NCBI GenBank assembly: GCA_963746345.1
Contig: CAVVAN010000002.1
Coordinates: 213,202-277,201, forward strand
Direction of reading: 5' to 3'
From: an uncultured Verrucomicrobiae bacterium
GTDB lineage: Bacteria > Verrucomicrobiota > Verrucomicrobiia > Limisphaerales > UBA11358
DNA length: 64,000 nt
The position numbers and the translations under genes were made by a program. Below the pieces are notes generated by a model that was not told the DNA's origin, did no database searches, and worked only from the letters and a program-made list of their open reading frames with translations. Of this stretch, positions 1-9,605 are shown piece after piece (the first letter of the stretch is position 1; every line of letters begins with the position of its first letter).

Positions 1-124
1 GGCCGACGACGACCTCGTCATGATGTTGGTATCTTGCGTGCCCGCCCCCGCCGCCCACCGGAACGATGCATCCGCTGGTGGCGAGGAGAGTGATGACGCC
101 GCTAATTAACAGGATTTTTTTCAT
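1..124 (-). CDS. lipoprotein, N-terminal fragment (runs off window)
   Basis: ATG at 122-124 (minus) reads MKKILLISGVITLLATSGC..., a signal peptide plus lipobox Cys. Too short and partial for the ORF track. Confidence 0.45.
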   Translation of the reverse strand, partial: MKKILLISGVITLLATSGCIVPVGGGGGHARYQHHDEVVVG

Positions 125-178
125 ATTAAGTTTGTATCGCTTTCTGGAGTAATGTTACGCGCTGGGCGGGATTTCTCC

Positions 179-195
179 ATGGGGTATAACCCTAC
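179..195 (-). promoter_or_regulatory. dyad motif copy A (ATGGGGTATAACCCTAC)
   Basis: One of six related GGGGT-N-ACCC dyads. Lies about 55 nt upstream of the start at 124. Confidence 0.45.
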
Positions 196-229
196 GTTCC
201 GGCGGAATCTTTCAGCATCTCATTTGGAG

Positions 230-1315
230 TCAGTTTGGGGTGGCCGCATCGGCGTAAGCGCCGCCAAAATGGATTTTTGCACCGTCGGATTGGTAAGATT
301 TCCCAAGGTGGCCGCCGCGATTGAATACGGTCAATTGTTCCGGCGCAAATGTGGCGCGCAGCCAGGCCAGATCTTCGTCAGTCAGAAGAAAATCATTTTC
401 ATTGACGATGATGCGGATGTCCGGGTTGGCGCGCAGTCCGGCGTCATACGTCCGCAAGTCGCCGGCTTTTTGCAACGCTTCCGCCGCAGTCAATCCAAGG
501 CCGTGGGTCTGATAATAGGGAGCCGCAAATTTCTCAAAATAATCTTCGTAGGAATACTGAAGGATTTCCTGATAGACCGGCTCACGCCGGAAATTGTGGA
601 TCGCGTGTTGCAGGACGCCCTGATTGTTCCGCCGCTGGCTGCTGTAAATGATGTCCCGCAGCATGAATCGAAATGTCATGCCGATGAGAAACTTGGATTC
701 GATGGCATTGAACGGCAGGGAGGATCGCGGCGTGAGGGTGAGTTTGCTCAAGGCGGCGACTTTGAGAAAAGTGTTTTCGATGTTGTCGGTTCGATTGGTT
801 TCCGGCCAACTCAATGGCGCGCGGTAAAATTCGTCCAGCTTGGAAATTCCCTGTGCCAATCGAACGGGGGTATTGATGGCGACGATGCGGTCAAATTTAA
901 TCAACGGCGATTGGTTCGTCGGTTCGGTGGCGGCGATGTATAAAGAATCAAACGCGCCCATGGAATATCCCATCAATGCCCTGTCGCCCAAACGCGCCGG
1001 GTATAATTTATTCAAACGGTGATCAATTTCGGTGAGAGCGACGTGCAAGTCGTGGCCATCCACCGGCAGATAAGCGGGCATTGCGGCGGTCGAAGCGTTT
1101 TCCATGAACTCGGAGTTGAACGGGCTGCTGACGTTCACGACGGAGAAGCCGTTTTTATAAATCAATTCGGCCAGCGCCAGGGAAGTTTCGGCCAGACGAT
1201 GCGAACCGAGACCGGGAACGATATAAACCACGGGCGCTTTTCCCGGTTGCAGCCAGAACGTGAATTTTAATTTCCGGCCCGTCGCTGGAATCGAAAGCCG
1301 ACCGCGTTTTGCCAC
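230..1315 (-). CDS. alpha/beta-hydrolase domain protein (probably the C-terminal part of a longer MlaA-fused ORF)
   Basis: 361 aa ORF. It has PVVYIVPGLGSH and a GYSMG nucleophile-elbow motif. The upstream reading frame continues into fragment 1155-1667 after a frame change. Confidence 0.6.
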   Translation of the reverse strand: MAKRGRLSIPATGRKLKFTFWLQPGKAPVVYIVPGLGSHRLAETSLALAELIYKNGFSVVNVSSPFNSEFMENASTAAMPAYLPVDGHDLHVALTEIDHRLNKLYPARLGDRALMGYSMGAFDSLYIAATEPTNQSPLIKFDRIVAINTPVRLAQGISKLDEFYRAPLSWPETNRTDNIENTFLKVAALSKLTLTPRSSLPFNAIESKFLIGMTFRFMLRDIIYSSQRRNNQGVLQHAIHNFRREPVYQEILQYSYEDYFEKFAAPYYQTHGLGLTAAEALQKAGDLRTYDAGLRANPDIRIIVNENDFLLTDEDLAWLRATFAPEQLTVFNRGGHLGKSYQSDGAKIHFGGAYADAATPN

Positions 1316-2179
1316 GGCTTGGAAAATCAGGGTCTTGGTAGGTGAAGAAAACGGATTCGAGGGTTTCCAGCGAGGCTTCGTCCTGTTTTCCTTTCACCTG
1401 AAAATCCGCCACCCGGTTTTCCCGCGCAAAAGTCCAGGCATATTGAATCTCGGAATACGGATCCATTTCGGCCTGGCTGAAGCGCACATATTCGTCCACG
1501 GTGTCGGACAAATCGTTATACATGACCGCGTAGGTGAAATAAGTGTAAGGGCCGAGATAAGTCAGCGGATTGTTCGCCTCGAAATTTATAGGGCGCGATA
1601 TAGAGCAGCGGATTGGCCGCAGTGTCGGCGGCGAAGCCGAGGGTGTCGCGTTCATTGCTCGGCCCAAGAATCGGCAGCATCAAAAAACATTCCGGCTTCC
1701 AGCCCCATTTGCCGAACGTCTGGCCAAAATCCGCGTCTGATTTTGGAATCTTCCATTTTGTTCGCCACGTCCAAGAACCCGGCCACGCCGACAGTGGTAT
1801 TGCAAACGAAGCGATAAGATTCATCGCGCGCGCCGCGCCATTTTCCCTGAAGCAGATTGTTGATCAATCTTCCAGGGTAAGTGAGGTTGCGGCCAAAATT
1901 TCCAATGCCGGTGCGAATCGGTTTCACGACGACGAACCGATAAACTTTGCTTGTCGGCTTGATGACATCGGTCATCAGCCATTTGTTGAAACCCCACATC
2001 ACGCGGTTGAACGGTTCAAGTGGATCAGGAACGGATTTCGGGAGAACAACAATTCCTACTGTCGGCGAATTTGTGGAGACAACTGCCAATCCCTGCGCGT
2101 GTGCGAACAGCGAAGAACACAATGACAGAACCACCAGCGCCAAAGTATAAATTCTCCGGCGTAATCCGATTTTCTTCAT
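1155..2179 (-). CDS. mlaA: MlaA/VacJ-family lipoprotein domain, broken by frameshifts in this assembly
   Basis: Three overlapping fragments (1652-2179, 1516-1824, 1155-1667) read collinearly. They cover a signal peptide, then DPLEPFNR..GNFGRNL..NNLLQGK..NTTVGVAGFLDVA..DFGQTFGKWG..LPILGPSNERD. Confidence 0.75.
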
Positions 2180-2191
2180 GTTGAATTTATT

Positions 2192-2449
2192 TTACGCCTT
2201 GTTGTGAAATCCGTGAACTCGCATGACTTCGCGCTCCGCCAGCAATTGCTTCTCGGCCTCGAGCCAATGTTGCACCTCGTGACCTTGCGGCGAACCTTGG
2301 TTCACATAACTGAAGTAGGCACGTCTGGCCACTTCGTCCGGCGCGGGGACAAAATTAATTTCGTTTTGGTTCAAGATCGCAGCCGCAGTTGGCCGCACTC
2401 CGCCGGCAAGCCTTTGCTTTTGTTCTTCAGAGAATTTATTGTTTTTCAT
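2192..2449 (-). CDS. DUF2934 family protein
   Basis: 85 aa with RRAYFSYVNQGSPQGHEVQHWLEAEKQL, the typical DUF2934 signature. Confidence 0.65.
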   Translation of the reverse strand: MKNNKFSEEQKQRLAGGVRPTAAAILNQNEINFVPAPDEVARRAYFSYVNQGSPQGHEVQHWLEAEKQLLAEREVMRVHGFHNKA

Positions 2450-2456
2450 AGGCGTG

Positions 2457-2612
2457 CTAAATTCTGCCCAGCAAAAGCAGGATAAGCAGAATCGCCAGAA
2501 GCAATCCCAATCCGCCGCTCGGATAATAACCCCAATTCTTGCTATGCGGCCATGTGGGAAATGCGCCGACCAACATAAGTATGAGCAGCACCAGTAAAAT
2601 AGTTCCTAACAT
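2457..2612 (-). CDS. DUF3309 family small membrane protein
   Basis: Hand-translated 51 aa: MLGTILLVLLILMLVGAFPTWPHSKNWGYYPSGGLGLLLAILLILLLLGRI. Below the ORF-track size cutoff. Confidence 0.7.
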   Translation of the reverse strand: MLGTILLVLLILMLVGAFPTWPHSKNWGYYPSGGLGLLLAILLILLLLGRI

Positions 2613-2648
2613 AAATTTCCTTTCAATGTGTGAATGTGGTTCGCTTGA

Positions 2649-3068
2649 TTATTTTCCGTGATCGTCGCGGCGGTCGTCCTTGCGATTGTCTTTCTGGCCG
2701 CGCGGTGAAGAATGTCCCGGATATTGCCGGACAATCTCCGCGTGATGATTCGCCGGCGAGTCGTGGAAATTCATCCGCACCGACGGCGAGGCAAACAGCA
2801 CGCTCACCGAAACACCGCGCGGCGCCGGGCGCGAAACAAACGCGCCACCATCCATATAAAAGTATTGGTGACGGCTGCCGCTGTAATAAACTTCGTAGTC
2901 GGGGTAATAAACGTAATCGTCTTCCACAGCCACAACAGGCGGCGCGACATAAACTCCGGCGCGCGGCCCGTCAATATAACCCACGCATCCGGTCAGCGTT
3001 CCAAAAAATGCGGCGCACAACACAAGTCCAACTGTCTTTGTATTGAAGAAAAGTTTTTTATTAATCAT
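2649..3068 (-). CDS. lipoprotein, Tyr/Pro-rich
   Basis: Internal ATG at 3068 gives MINKKLFFNTKTVGLVLCAAFFGTLTGC (lipobox). The longer 2649-3491 ORF overlaps the next gene and is rejected. Confidence 0.6.
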   Translation of the reverse strand: MINKKLFFNTKTVGLVLCAAFFGTLTGCVGYIDGPRAGVYVAPPVVAVEDDYVYYPDYEVYYSGSRHQYFYMDGGAFVSRPAPRGVSVSVLFASPSVRMNFHDSPANHHAEIVRQYPGHSSPRGQKDNRKDDRRDDHGK

Positions 3069-3100
3069 GCAGTGAGAATAATCTAAAGGTTTGAAGACGC

Positions 3101-3119
3101 TATGGGGTGTAACCCTACC
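3101..3119 (-). promoter_or_regulatory. dyad motif copy B (TATGGGGTGTAACCCTACC)
   Basis: 33 nt upstream of the start at 3068. Identical to copy F. Confidence 0.5.
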
Positions 3120-3133
3120 TGCGGATTTGCGAA

Positions 3134-3466
3134 TCAGCTTTCGTCCTGATTGCGCCGCTGCGGGCGGAACGCAGTCCAGATTGTGGAAACCAAACCCGCG
3201 CCTTTGATAAAGGTTTTCAGCCACGATGGTTTTTCTGCGGCGGGCGCGGATTCTTTTTTTAGCCGGAAGGATGCGAGTCCGGCAATCAAAATTGAGACAG
3301 CGGACGCAAGTGAAGTGATTGTTCGCGCCTGATTTGCCAGCGAATGAACTTTGTCTTTGATCGTTTCCAGTTCCTGAACCAGTTGCGCGCGATTGAGTTC
3401 GCTTTCCGCGATCAAAAGTTGTTTGCGAGATTCGAGCGGATTCATGCGAGGATTTTTTCCAGACAT
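3134..3466 (-). CDS. YqjK-like membrane protein
   Basis: 110 aa. N-terminal RKQLLIAESELNRAQL coiled segment plus one TM. Sits in the third position of a yqjD-yqjE-yqjK-like trio. Confidence 0.45.
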   Translation of the reverse strand: MSGKNPRMNPLESRKQLLIAESELNRAQLVQELETIKDKVHSLANQARTITSLASAVSILIAGLASFRLKKESAPAAEKPSWLKTFIKGAGLVSTIWTAFRPQRRNQDES

Positions 3467-3487
3467 TCGCGATCTTTGCGGAGTTGA

Positions 3488-3832
3488 TCAAGCGAGGCGG
3501 AAAGCGTCTGCCAGTTTCGCAGCAATCCGGTGAGCCGCCGCTAAAGACAAATTCCAGACGCCACGTAAAGTGCGGTCAATATCAGAAGAACTGCCAACTG
3601 GCGACCAGGTCCAAAGCAAAACCACGATGGCCGCAGTGAGCGTGAGTCCCGCGAGCAGTCCGAACGCCGCGACGCCTAGCGCCAGAAGAAAGGCGTGCAG
3701 GAGACGTTCGCGTTCCTCCTGCACTTCCACCGCCAGCAGTTCGAGCCGGTTTTCCCCGATGGTCAGCAGCCGACGCGCGAAATGTTTCGAGGTCGCGGCC
3801 AGTTGTCCGAGGCTGACGGTGGATTCTTCCAT
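3488..3832 (-). CDS. YqjE-like / phage holin superfamily III (Holin-X) membrane protein
   Basis: From the ATG at 3832: MEESTVSLGQLAATSKHFARRLLTIGENRLELLAVEVQEERERLL followed by a TM hairpin. The C-terminal tail looks odd and may carry a frameshift. Confidence 0.55.
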   Translation of the reverse strand: MEESTVSLGQLAATSKHFARRLLTIGENRLELLAVEVQEERERLLHAFLLALGVAAFGLLAGLTLTAAIVVLLWTWSPVGSSSDIDRTLRGVWNLSLAAAHRIAAKLADAFRLA

Positions 3833-3839
3833 AACGAAA

Positions 3840-4145
3840 TCACTCGCGGTTGCAAGCGCAGCGGCGGGCGACGAGAAATCCGATGAGCGCGCCGACGCCG
3901 ACGCCGATGGCGATGGCTTGATACGGATTTTCGCGGATGGTTTCGTCCGTGACCTTCGCACCTGCGACGGCTTTGTCGCGGACATTACCGGCGATTTCCT
4001 TGGCGCGTTCGAGCGCGGCGGAGAGGCGGTTGCGGGCTTCCCCGACTTTTTCCCCGGCCACGTCTGCGGTGGCTGCCATCAACGCGCGCGCGTCTTCGGC
4101 GAGTGATCCGATGTCATGGCTGGCTGCTTGTGTGTGTTTGTTCAT
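3840..4145 (-). CDS. DUF883 (ElaB/YqjD) family membrane-anchored stress protein
   Basis: 101 aa. ENPYQAIAIGVGVGALIGFLVARR C-terminal anchor and an Ala/Glu-rich N-terminus. Confidence 0.75.
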   Translation of the reverse strand: MNKHTQAASHDIGSLAEDARALMAATADVAGEKVGEARNRLSAALERAKEIAGNVRDKAVAGAKVTDETIRENPYQAIAIGVGVGALIGFLVARRCACNRE

Positions 4146-4522
4146 ATTTTTCTGTCGTTTTTATTTGTTTGTTTTTTGAATGGTAAATTTTCCGCGTCGG
4201 CGAGATGAGCCGCCGCCGGTGAACTGGCCACTTTCAAAATTGAATTTCTTCCGCCGAACGGATTCGGCACGGACTCGCGCGCACGCGGGTCGCAAATCCA
4301 TTGGCCGTCCACAACGAGGCAATATTCATAAGTGCCGGGCGCGAGAGTGGTTTCCTTCCACCAATTGCCGACGCCGGAGGAATGCAGCGTCTTGGCTTCG
4401 GGCTGCCAATGATTGAATGTCCCAGCGAGGCAAACGGTTTTGGCCGTTGGGTGATTGAATTCAAAACGAACCGGAACGAGCTGCGTGGCAGGAGCGTTGT
4501 CGTGGTTATGATTGTGTTTCAT
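4142..4522 (-). CDS. glycogen-binding (CBM48 / AMPK beta-like) domain protein
   Basis: VRFEFNHPTAKTVCLAGTFNHWQP...GTYEYCLVVDGQWICDP. Its stop overlaps the next start in ATGA at 4142-4145. Confidence 0.65.
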   Translation of the reverse strand: MKHNHNHDNAPATQLVPVRFEFNHPTAKTVCLAGTFNHWQPEAKTLHSSGVGNWWKETTLAPGTYEYCLVVDGQWICDPRARESVPNPFGGRNSILKVASSPAAAHLADAENLPFKKQTNKNDRKI

Positions 4523-4615
4523 TATTGGTAAATTATTTGGGCGGTTGATTTTTGATTTTGGGAAAAATGTTTTCGTTCCACATCACCATCATGCGCGAAA
4601 AAACTTTGCGGACGC

Positions 4616-4634
4616 TATGGGGTGAAACCCTACC
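4616..4634 (-). promoter_or_regulatory. dyad motif copy C (TATGGGGTGAAACCCTACC)
   Basis: 94 nt upstream of the start at 4522. Shares the GACGC flank with copy B. Confidence 0.5.
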
Positions 4635-4674
4635 GAAGATTTCCGTGAATGCAGTCCGGCACAGCGAGCCGGAA

Positions 4675-5360
4675 TTATACGATGGTCAACTGGACGCTGC
4701 TCTCGATGATGCCCGCGCTGATGGCGTAGCGGGTGAGTCCGGCGGTGTCGTGGATGTCGAGCTTCTCCATGAGATGCTCGCGATGCTTCTCGACGGTCTT
4801 GATGCCGATGCCGAGTTCCGACGCCGTTTCCTTGTTGGCCTTGCCTTCGGCGATGAGTTGCAGCACTTCCATCTCGCGCGAAGTCAGTTCGGCGATTTTC
4901 TTTTTCGAACCGCCCGCGCGGTTCGGCGATTGCGGATTGAGACGATCAATGCGCTTGGAAATGGAGGGGCTGAAAAATGTTTTTCCCTTTTGCACTTCCC
5001 GGATCGCCCGGCACACTTCGTGGGCGGAGGTTTGCTTGAGCAGAAATCCCATCGCGCCGGAATCGGTCGCGTTTTTGACATACGCGTCATCACTGTGCGC
5101 GGAGAGCATGAGCACTTTGGTGCGTGGGAACGGCTTTGAGAATCTGGCGCGTGGCTTCCAGGCCATTGAGCAGCGGCATGGCGATGTCCATCAACACCAC
5201 GTCGGGACGAAGTTTTTTGACCAGCGCGACGGCCGGCGCGTCCGTCCTGCGCTTCGCCGACGATTTCAAAATCGTCTTCGAGTTCGAGCATCTTGCGAAA
5301 ACCTTCGCGCACGATCATGTGGTCTTCCGCGAGCAGAACAGTGATTCGTTTCATGGGCAT
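4675..5360 (-). CDS. NarL/FixJ-type response regulator (REC + LuxR HTH), split by two frame changes
   Basis: 4884-5360 gives [26 protein letters not shown]. The middle REC segment is in the third frame. 4675-5166 gives TKVLMLSAHSDD...LTSREMEVLQLIAEGKANKE. Confidence 0.85.
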
Positions 5361-5385
5361 TTAAGTGTGGTGTTGCCGGATTTTT

Positions 5386-6531
5386 TCAACGCGTCTTTTC
5401 GGGCGTGTGGCGAATGGAATTTTCACTTCGATGGTGGTGCCTTTGCCCGGAGAGGATTCGACGCAAAAAGTGCCGCCGACCATTTCCACCCGTTCCCTCA
5501 TGCCGAGCAGTCCGAGGCGTTTTCTGCCCTTGGCATTGCAACACGCGTTCCACTTGAAAAGATTTGCCGTCGTCTTTTATTTTCATGCAGATGCCGTCCG
5601 GCAGTTTCTGGATGCTCACTTCCACCCGGCTGGCTTGCGCATGGCGGGCCACATTGGTGAGCGCTTCCTGCGCGACGCGATAAAGCACCGTGCGCTTGGT
5701 TGCTGTCCAATTGTTCCACTCCCGCAAAGGCCGTCAATTGAACGTGCGAATGCCCGTCCGCTTGGAAAAAATTTTCACGAACGAATGCAGCGCGGGAATC
5801 AGTCCGAGATCGTCCAGCACCGCCGGGCGCAATTCGCGCGCGAACTGATGCACGATGTCCACGGATTTTTCCACCAGCCGTTGCGTGCGGGCGATGTTGC
5901 GGTCGAGACCCTTGGTGTTGAGCGCGGCCTCCTTTTTCAAGGTCGCCAGCCGGACGTTGATGCCCGTCAAAGTCTGGGCGATGACATCGTGCAGTTCGCG
6001 GCTGATTTTTTTCCGCTCATCCTCCTGCGCCGAAAGAATCTGGCGGGACAAACGCCGCAACTGTTCCTGCAGGTGGTCCGACTGTTCCAGCAACTTGCGA
6101 GTAATGGTGTTCGCTTTTTTTGAGCGCCTCCTCCGCCGCCTTGCGCTGGGAGATTTCCAGGCTCAATTCCAGGTTCGAGGCGGCCAGTTCCACCGTGCGC
6201 TGGCTCAACGCCTCGACGAATTTTTTCAGCTGGGCGGCGGCTTCCCGCGCGCTGCGATGCGTTTTCTCAATCGGAGTGATCGCCGCGGCAAAGAAAATTC
6301 CCGCCTGCTTGATGAGCGCGGCGCGTTTGCCGGCCGGGCTGCCCGGCAACAATTCTGCTGACCAGATGTCTGCTCGTGGAGCTTGGCCAGGTCCAGCGTC
6401 TGCAATCCGGCGGCCAGAGCCTGGCTGCCCAGTCCGCGCGCCGAATCCAGGCTTGCCGCCGTGCCCTGCTTCAAATGTGTTCGCAACGCGGCCTGATAGC
6501 GTCGCGACAAATTGATGAGCTTGTGTTTCAT
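5386..6531 (-). CDS. sensor histidine kinase, RsbU_N-like N-domain + HisKA_3 + HATPase_c (frameshifted)
   Basis: MKHKLINLSRRYQAALRTHLKQG.., SAQEDERKKISRELHDVIAQ (H-box), ARELRPAVLDDLGL and VAQEALTNVARHA. The pieces lie in several frames. Confidence 0.8.
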
Positions 6532-7230
6532 GCGTTCCTGAATTCGCGCGCGACCCGCCGCACGGATTTCGCCGACTTTGCCACCAGCCGTTGCGTGCTG
6601 GCGATTTCATTTTTGAGACCCTTGGTGTTGAGCTCGCGCCTCCTGTTTCAAGGAAAGCAGCCGGACATTGATGCCCAACAAGAGTCTGCGCGATTTCATC
6701 TTGAAGTTCGCGGCTGATGCTTTTGCGCTCGTCCTCCTGCGCCGCCAGCACCCGATGCGTCAGTTGCCGCAAACGCTTCCTGCAACTGGAGCGATTCCTT
6801 CAAACATTTGTTGTAATGCTGTCCGCTTTTCTCGAGGGCGGCTTCCATGACTTTGCGCCGGATGACTGCCGCGTTGCAATTGGCGGTTGGAGGCGGCCAG
6901 TTCTTCCGTGCGCTGGTCCAATGTTTCCTTCAGCCGGTTCAAGTGAACATTGCCCTGCCGCGCGGCGCGATGCGTTTCCTCAATCGGAATGTTGGCCTCG
7001 GTAAAAAAAATTCCGGCGAGTCTGGTCAGCGCATTTTTCCTGTCGGACAATTCGAGCGTGGCAAGCGCGTGCTCGTGAATCCGCGCAAGCTCCAAAGTCT
7101 CCAGACCGAGCGCGACGGCTTGGCGTCCGAGTCCCAGCGCCGGCTGCAAGCTCGCCTGCGGGCCTTGCTTTAGGTGTTTTTCCAAAGCCGCCGCGTATCG
7201 TTGTGACAATCCGATTAATCTTTTTTCCAT
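6528..7230 (-). pseudogene. degenerate paralog of the adjacent kinase: RsbU_N-like + DHp only, H-box His replaced by Gln, no ATPase domain
   Basis: MEKRLIGLSQRYAAALEKHLKQG.., AAQEDERKSISRELQDEIAQ (CAA at 6701-6703). Ends ...VAREFRNA with its TGA overlapping the ATG of the next kinase. Also contains frame breaks. Confidence 0.6.
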
Positions 7231-7326
7231 GTTGTCATGCTGGGTTCGGTGGGGCTGTGCGGAAAGCTTTATCTTCCGATATTAATCACAACCCACCTCA
7301 CTATCCGCCAACTTCATCGGTTTAGA

Positions 7327-7345
7327 TATGGGGTGTTCTACCCAT
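7327..7345 (-). promoter_or_regulatory. dyad motif copy D (TATGGGGTGTTCTACCCAT)
   Basis: 97 nt upstream of the start at 7230. Overlaps the stop codon of the hybrid kinase. Confidence 0.45.
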
Positions 7346-9116
7346 TTGAGATTTTTGCATCCAAATTATCACGGATGATTTGGGCGAGTTTTTGCGCCTG
7401 AAACGGTTTGGTGAGAAAGTTGACGCCTTCTTCCAGCGGAAAATCTTTTCCGGCGATTTCGGCGCTGTAACCGCTGGTGTAAATCACGTTCAATTTTGGG
7501 TTCTCCTTCAAAATCCGTTCGCCCAGTTCTTTTCCATTGATTCCGCCGGGCATGACCAGGTCGGTCAGCAACAACTTGATTTCATCGCGGTGCTGTTTCC
7601 ACATTTCAAGGGCTTCGACGCCGTTGAAGGCTTCCAGCACCCGATAGCCGAGTTGCGAAAGTGTTTTGTGGACGGAGGCGCGCAGGAACGCGTCATCTTC
7701 AACGAGCAAAATGGTTTCATCGCCACCGCGCACGGGAGCCGACACGGGTAATTCGTTTTTTTGTTCGGACATTTTGGCAAGTCGCGGAAGATAAATGCGG
7801 AATGTCGTTCCCTGGCCGACTTCGCTATAGACATTGATCCAGCCTTGATGCTGTTGGACGATGCCGAAGACGGTGGCCAACCCGAGGCCGGTGCCTTTGC
7901 CGACTTCCTTGGTGGTGAAGAACGGTTCGAAAATTCGCGGCAGATTTTCTGCGGGTATGCCGCAGCCGGTGTCGCTCACGCTCAAGCAGACGAACGAGCC
8001 GGGCCGGGCCAGGGCTGATTGAGCACGAACGGATTCGTCAAATTCCGCCGCGGAAGTTTCAATGACAAGCCGTCCGCCCTTGGGCATGGCGTCGCGGGCG
8101 TTCACCGCGAGGTTCATCAGCACTTGATCCATCATGCCGGCATCGGCGTGGATGAATAGCGGTTGCATGGCAAATTTGAATTGCATATTGACATCTTCGC
8201 CAAGGGTGCGCCGCAGCATCTTGGTCATGTTGTTGATGGATTCGTTCAAATCCAGATCGCGCAATTGCAGGATTTCTTTCCGGCTGAACAAAAGCAACTG
8301 GCGGGTGAGCGTGGCGGCGCGTTGTGTCGCCGCGCTGATCTCATTGGCAAAATCCAATTGCGCCGGGGAAGAATCGGAGGCGTTTTTCAACAAGTCGGCC
8401 TGCATTTGGATGACGGCCAGAATGTTGTTGAAATCATGCGCCACGCCGCCGGCCAACTGGCCGATTGCCTCCATCTTTTGCGACTGGCGGAATTGCGCCT
8501 CCAATTTCCGGCGTTCGGTGATGTCGCGGATGTTGCATTGGATGAATCTCTTTTTGTCTACGAAATAGCTGTTACTGATGAACTCAACCTCGACGCGCCG
8601 CCCGTCCTTCGTTTCCAATGGCAGGCCTTCGTAGTGGATGCGGTCTTTGTGTTGCAATTCGGCGAAGGTGATTTTGGAGGCGACCTCTCCTTTGAACGGG
8701 CCGATTTCCCACAGTTTTCTCATTAGAAATTCCTCCTGTGAATAGCCGAGCAATTCTTTCATGAATGGATTTGCGTCCACGACTTGCCCGGTCTCGGCAT
8801 CGAGAATAAGAATGCCGTCCTGCGCCGTTTCAAAGAGCCGACGGTAACGGACTTCGGAAGCAAGAATCGCCTGCACGCTCCGCAACATCTCCTGTTCCGT
8901 CCGTATATTGGCCTCATCGGTGCGCGTATTGGCTTCCTCTGTCCGCGTGTTCGCCTGGTCTGTGCGTGTGTTAGCCTGATCCGTGCGCGTATTGGCTTCG
9001 TCCGTTCTTGTGTTGGCTTGCTCTGTCCGCGCGTCAGCCTGTTTCGTCCGCGTATTGGCCTGATCCAGCCACGCTTCATTGCCATCCACATTTTCGATTT
9101 GAGGATCACTTTCCAT
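7338..9116 (-). CDS. hybrid sensor histidine kinase (heptad-repeat N-term, PAS, HisKA, HATPase_c, REC)
   Basis: Intact ORF with [10 protein letters not shown], the kinase N/G boxes, then ETILLVEDD...[10 protein letters not shown]. The likely start is MESDPQ at 9116 rather than 9287. Confidence 0.85.
   Translation of the reverse strand: MESDPQIENVDGNEAWLDQANTRTKQADARTEQANTRTDEANTRTDQANTRTDQANTRTEEANTRTDEANIRTEQEMLRSVQAILASEVRYRRLFETAQDGILILDAETGQVVDANPFMKELLGYSQEEFLMRKLWEIGPFKGEVASKITFAELQHKDRIHYEGLPLETKDGRRVEVEFISNSYFVDKKRFIQCNIRDITERRKLEAQFRQSQKMEAIGQLAGGVAHDFNNILAVIQMQADLLKNASDSSPAQLDFANEISAATQRAATLTRQLLLFSRKEILQLRDLDLNESINNMTKMLRRTLGEDVNMQFKFAMQPLFIHADAGMMDQVLMNLAVNARDAMPKGGRLVIETSAAEFDESVRAQSALARPGSFVCLSVSDTGCGIPAENLPRIFEPFFTTKEVGKGTGLGLATVFGIVQQHQGWINVYSEVGQGTTFRIYLPRLAKMSEQKNELPVSAPVRGGDETILLVEDDAFLRASVHKTLSQLGYRVLEAFNGVEALEMWKQHRDEIKLLLTDLVMPGGINGKELGERILKENPKLNVIYTSGYSAEIAGKDFPLEEGVNFLTKPFQAQKLAQIIRDNLDAKISNG
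8892..9062 (-). repeat. 21-nt tandem repeat encoding (Q/E)ANTRT(D/E) heptads, about 8 units
   Basis: Protein reads [57 protein letters not shown]. Confidence 0.85.
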
Positions 9117-9220
9117 AATTTTGCTCCCATTCCAATTAATTTCCCCGCACAAAATTTGACTTACAAAAGCCAAAAAATACGAATCATGATATAAGAAGTA
9201 GCGGAAAAATCGTGCGACCG

Positions 9221-9242
9221 ATATGGGGTGTTCACCCCATAT
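9221..9242 (-). promoter_or_regulatory. dyad motif copy E (perfect palindrome ATATGGGGTG-TT-CACCCCATAT)
   Basis: 105 nt upstream of the start at 9116. This is the most symmetric copy. Confidence 0.5.
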
Positions 9243-9419
9243 GGAATTTCTTGAATTCAACCGGCGCAGCGGGACGGAATTGTGCAACGCCCGAATGGAT
9301 TCCGATTAAAAAAATGAAAGCCCGGTGAACACCGGAGGAAAAATGTTCGCCGGGCGATGCCGGTCCGAACAAAATTCCATTTCGTCCGGGCTGTGCAAAT
9401 GATTCTTGAGCGTGATAAA

Positions 9420-9605
9420 TTATTTCCCTTGATACTTCGATGGATTGCGAATTCGGTCGAGTCGTTCGGCTTCACGCTCATTCAAAACCGTCTGCCGCTC
9501 TCTTCGCTTAATGACTTGCGCGATGGTTTTGGGAAACAGGCAAATGCGCTTCAGTATTTTCATAAACGGATGACCGTTGAGAGCAGATGCTTCGGCTCTG
9601 CTCAC
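9420..9605 (-). CDS. hypothetical small protein
   Basis: 61 aa. Its start overlaps the upstream stop in ATGA. No family recognised. Confidence 0.35.
   Translation of the reverse strand: MSRAEASALNGHPFMKILKRICLFPKTIAQVIKRRERQTVLNEREAERLDRIRNPSKYQGK

Noticed and set aside
152-943. 263-aa plus-strand ORF, plus many similar long antisense ORFs: 24031-24738, 27336-28238, 36423-37112, 38389-39048, 39643-40338, 45354-46172, 48049-48975, 57767-58450, 62213-63082 and 62427-63239.
   Set aside because: Each lies opposite a gene with clear family motifs. Their products are Arg/Gly/Ala-rich with no recognisable domains. These are typical shadow ORFs of GC-rich DNA.
2649-3491. 280-aa ORF spanning the lipoprotein gene and the YqjK-like gene.
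   Set aside because: The upstream 140 residues overlap the better-supported 3134-3466 ORF in another frame and look like noise. The internal ATG at 3068 gives a clean lipoprotein signal peptide.
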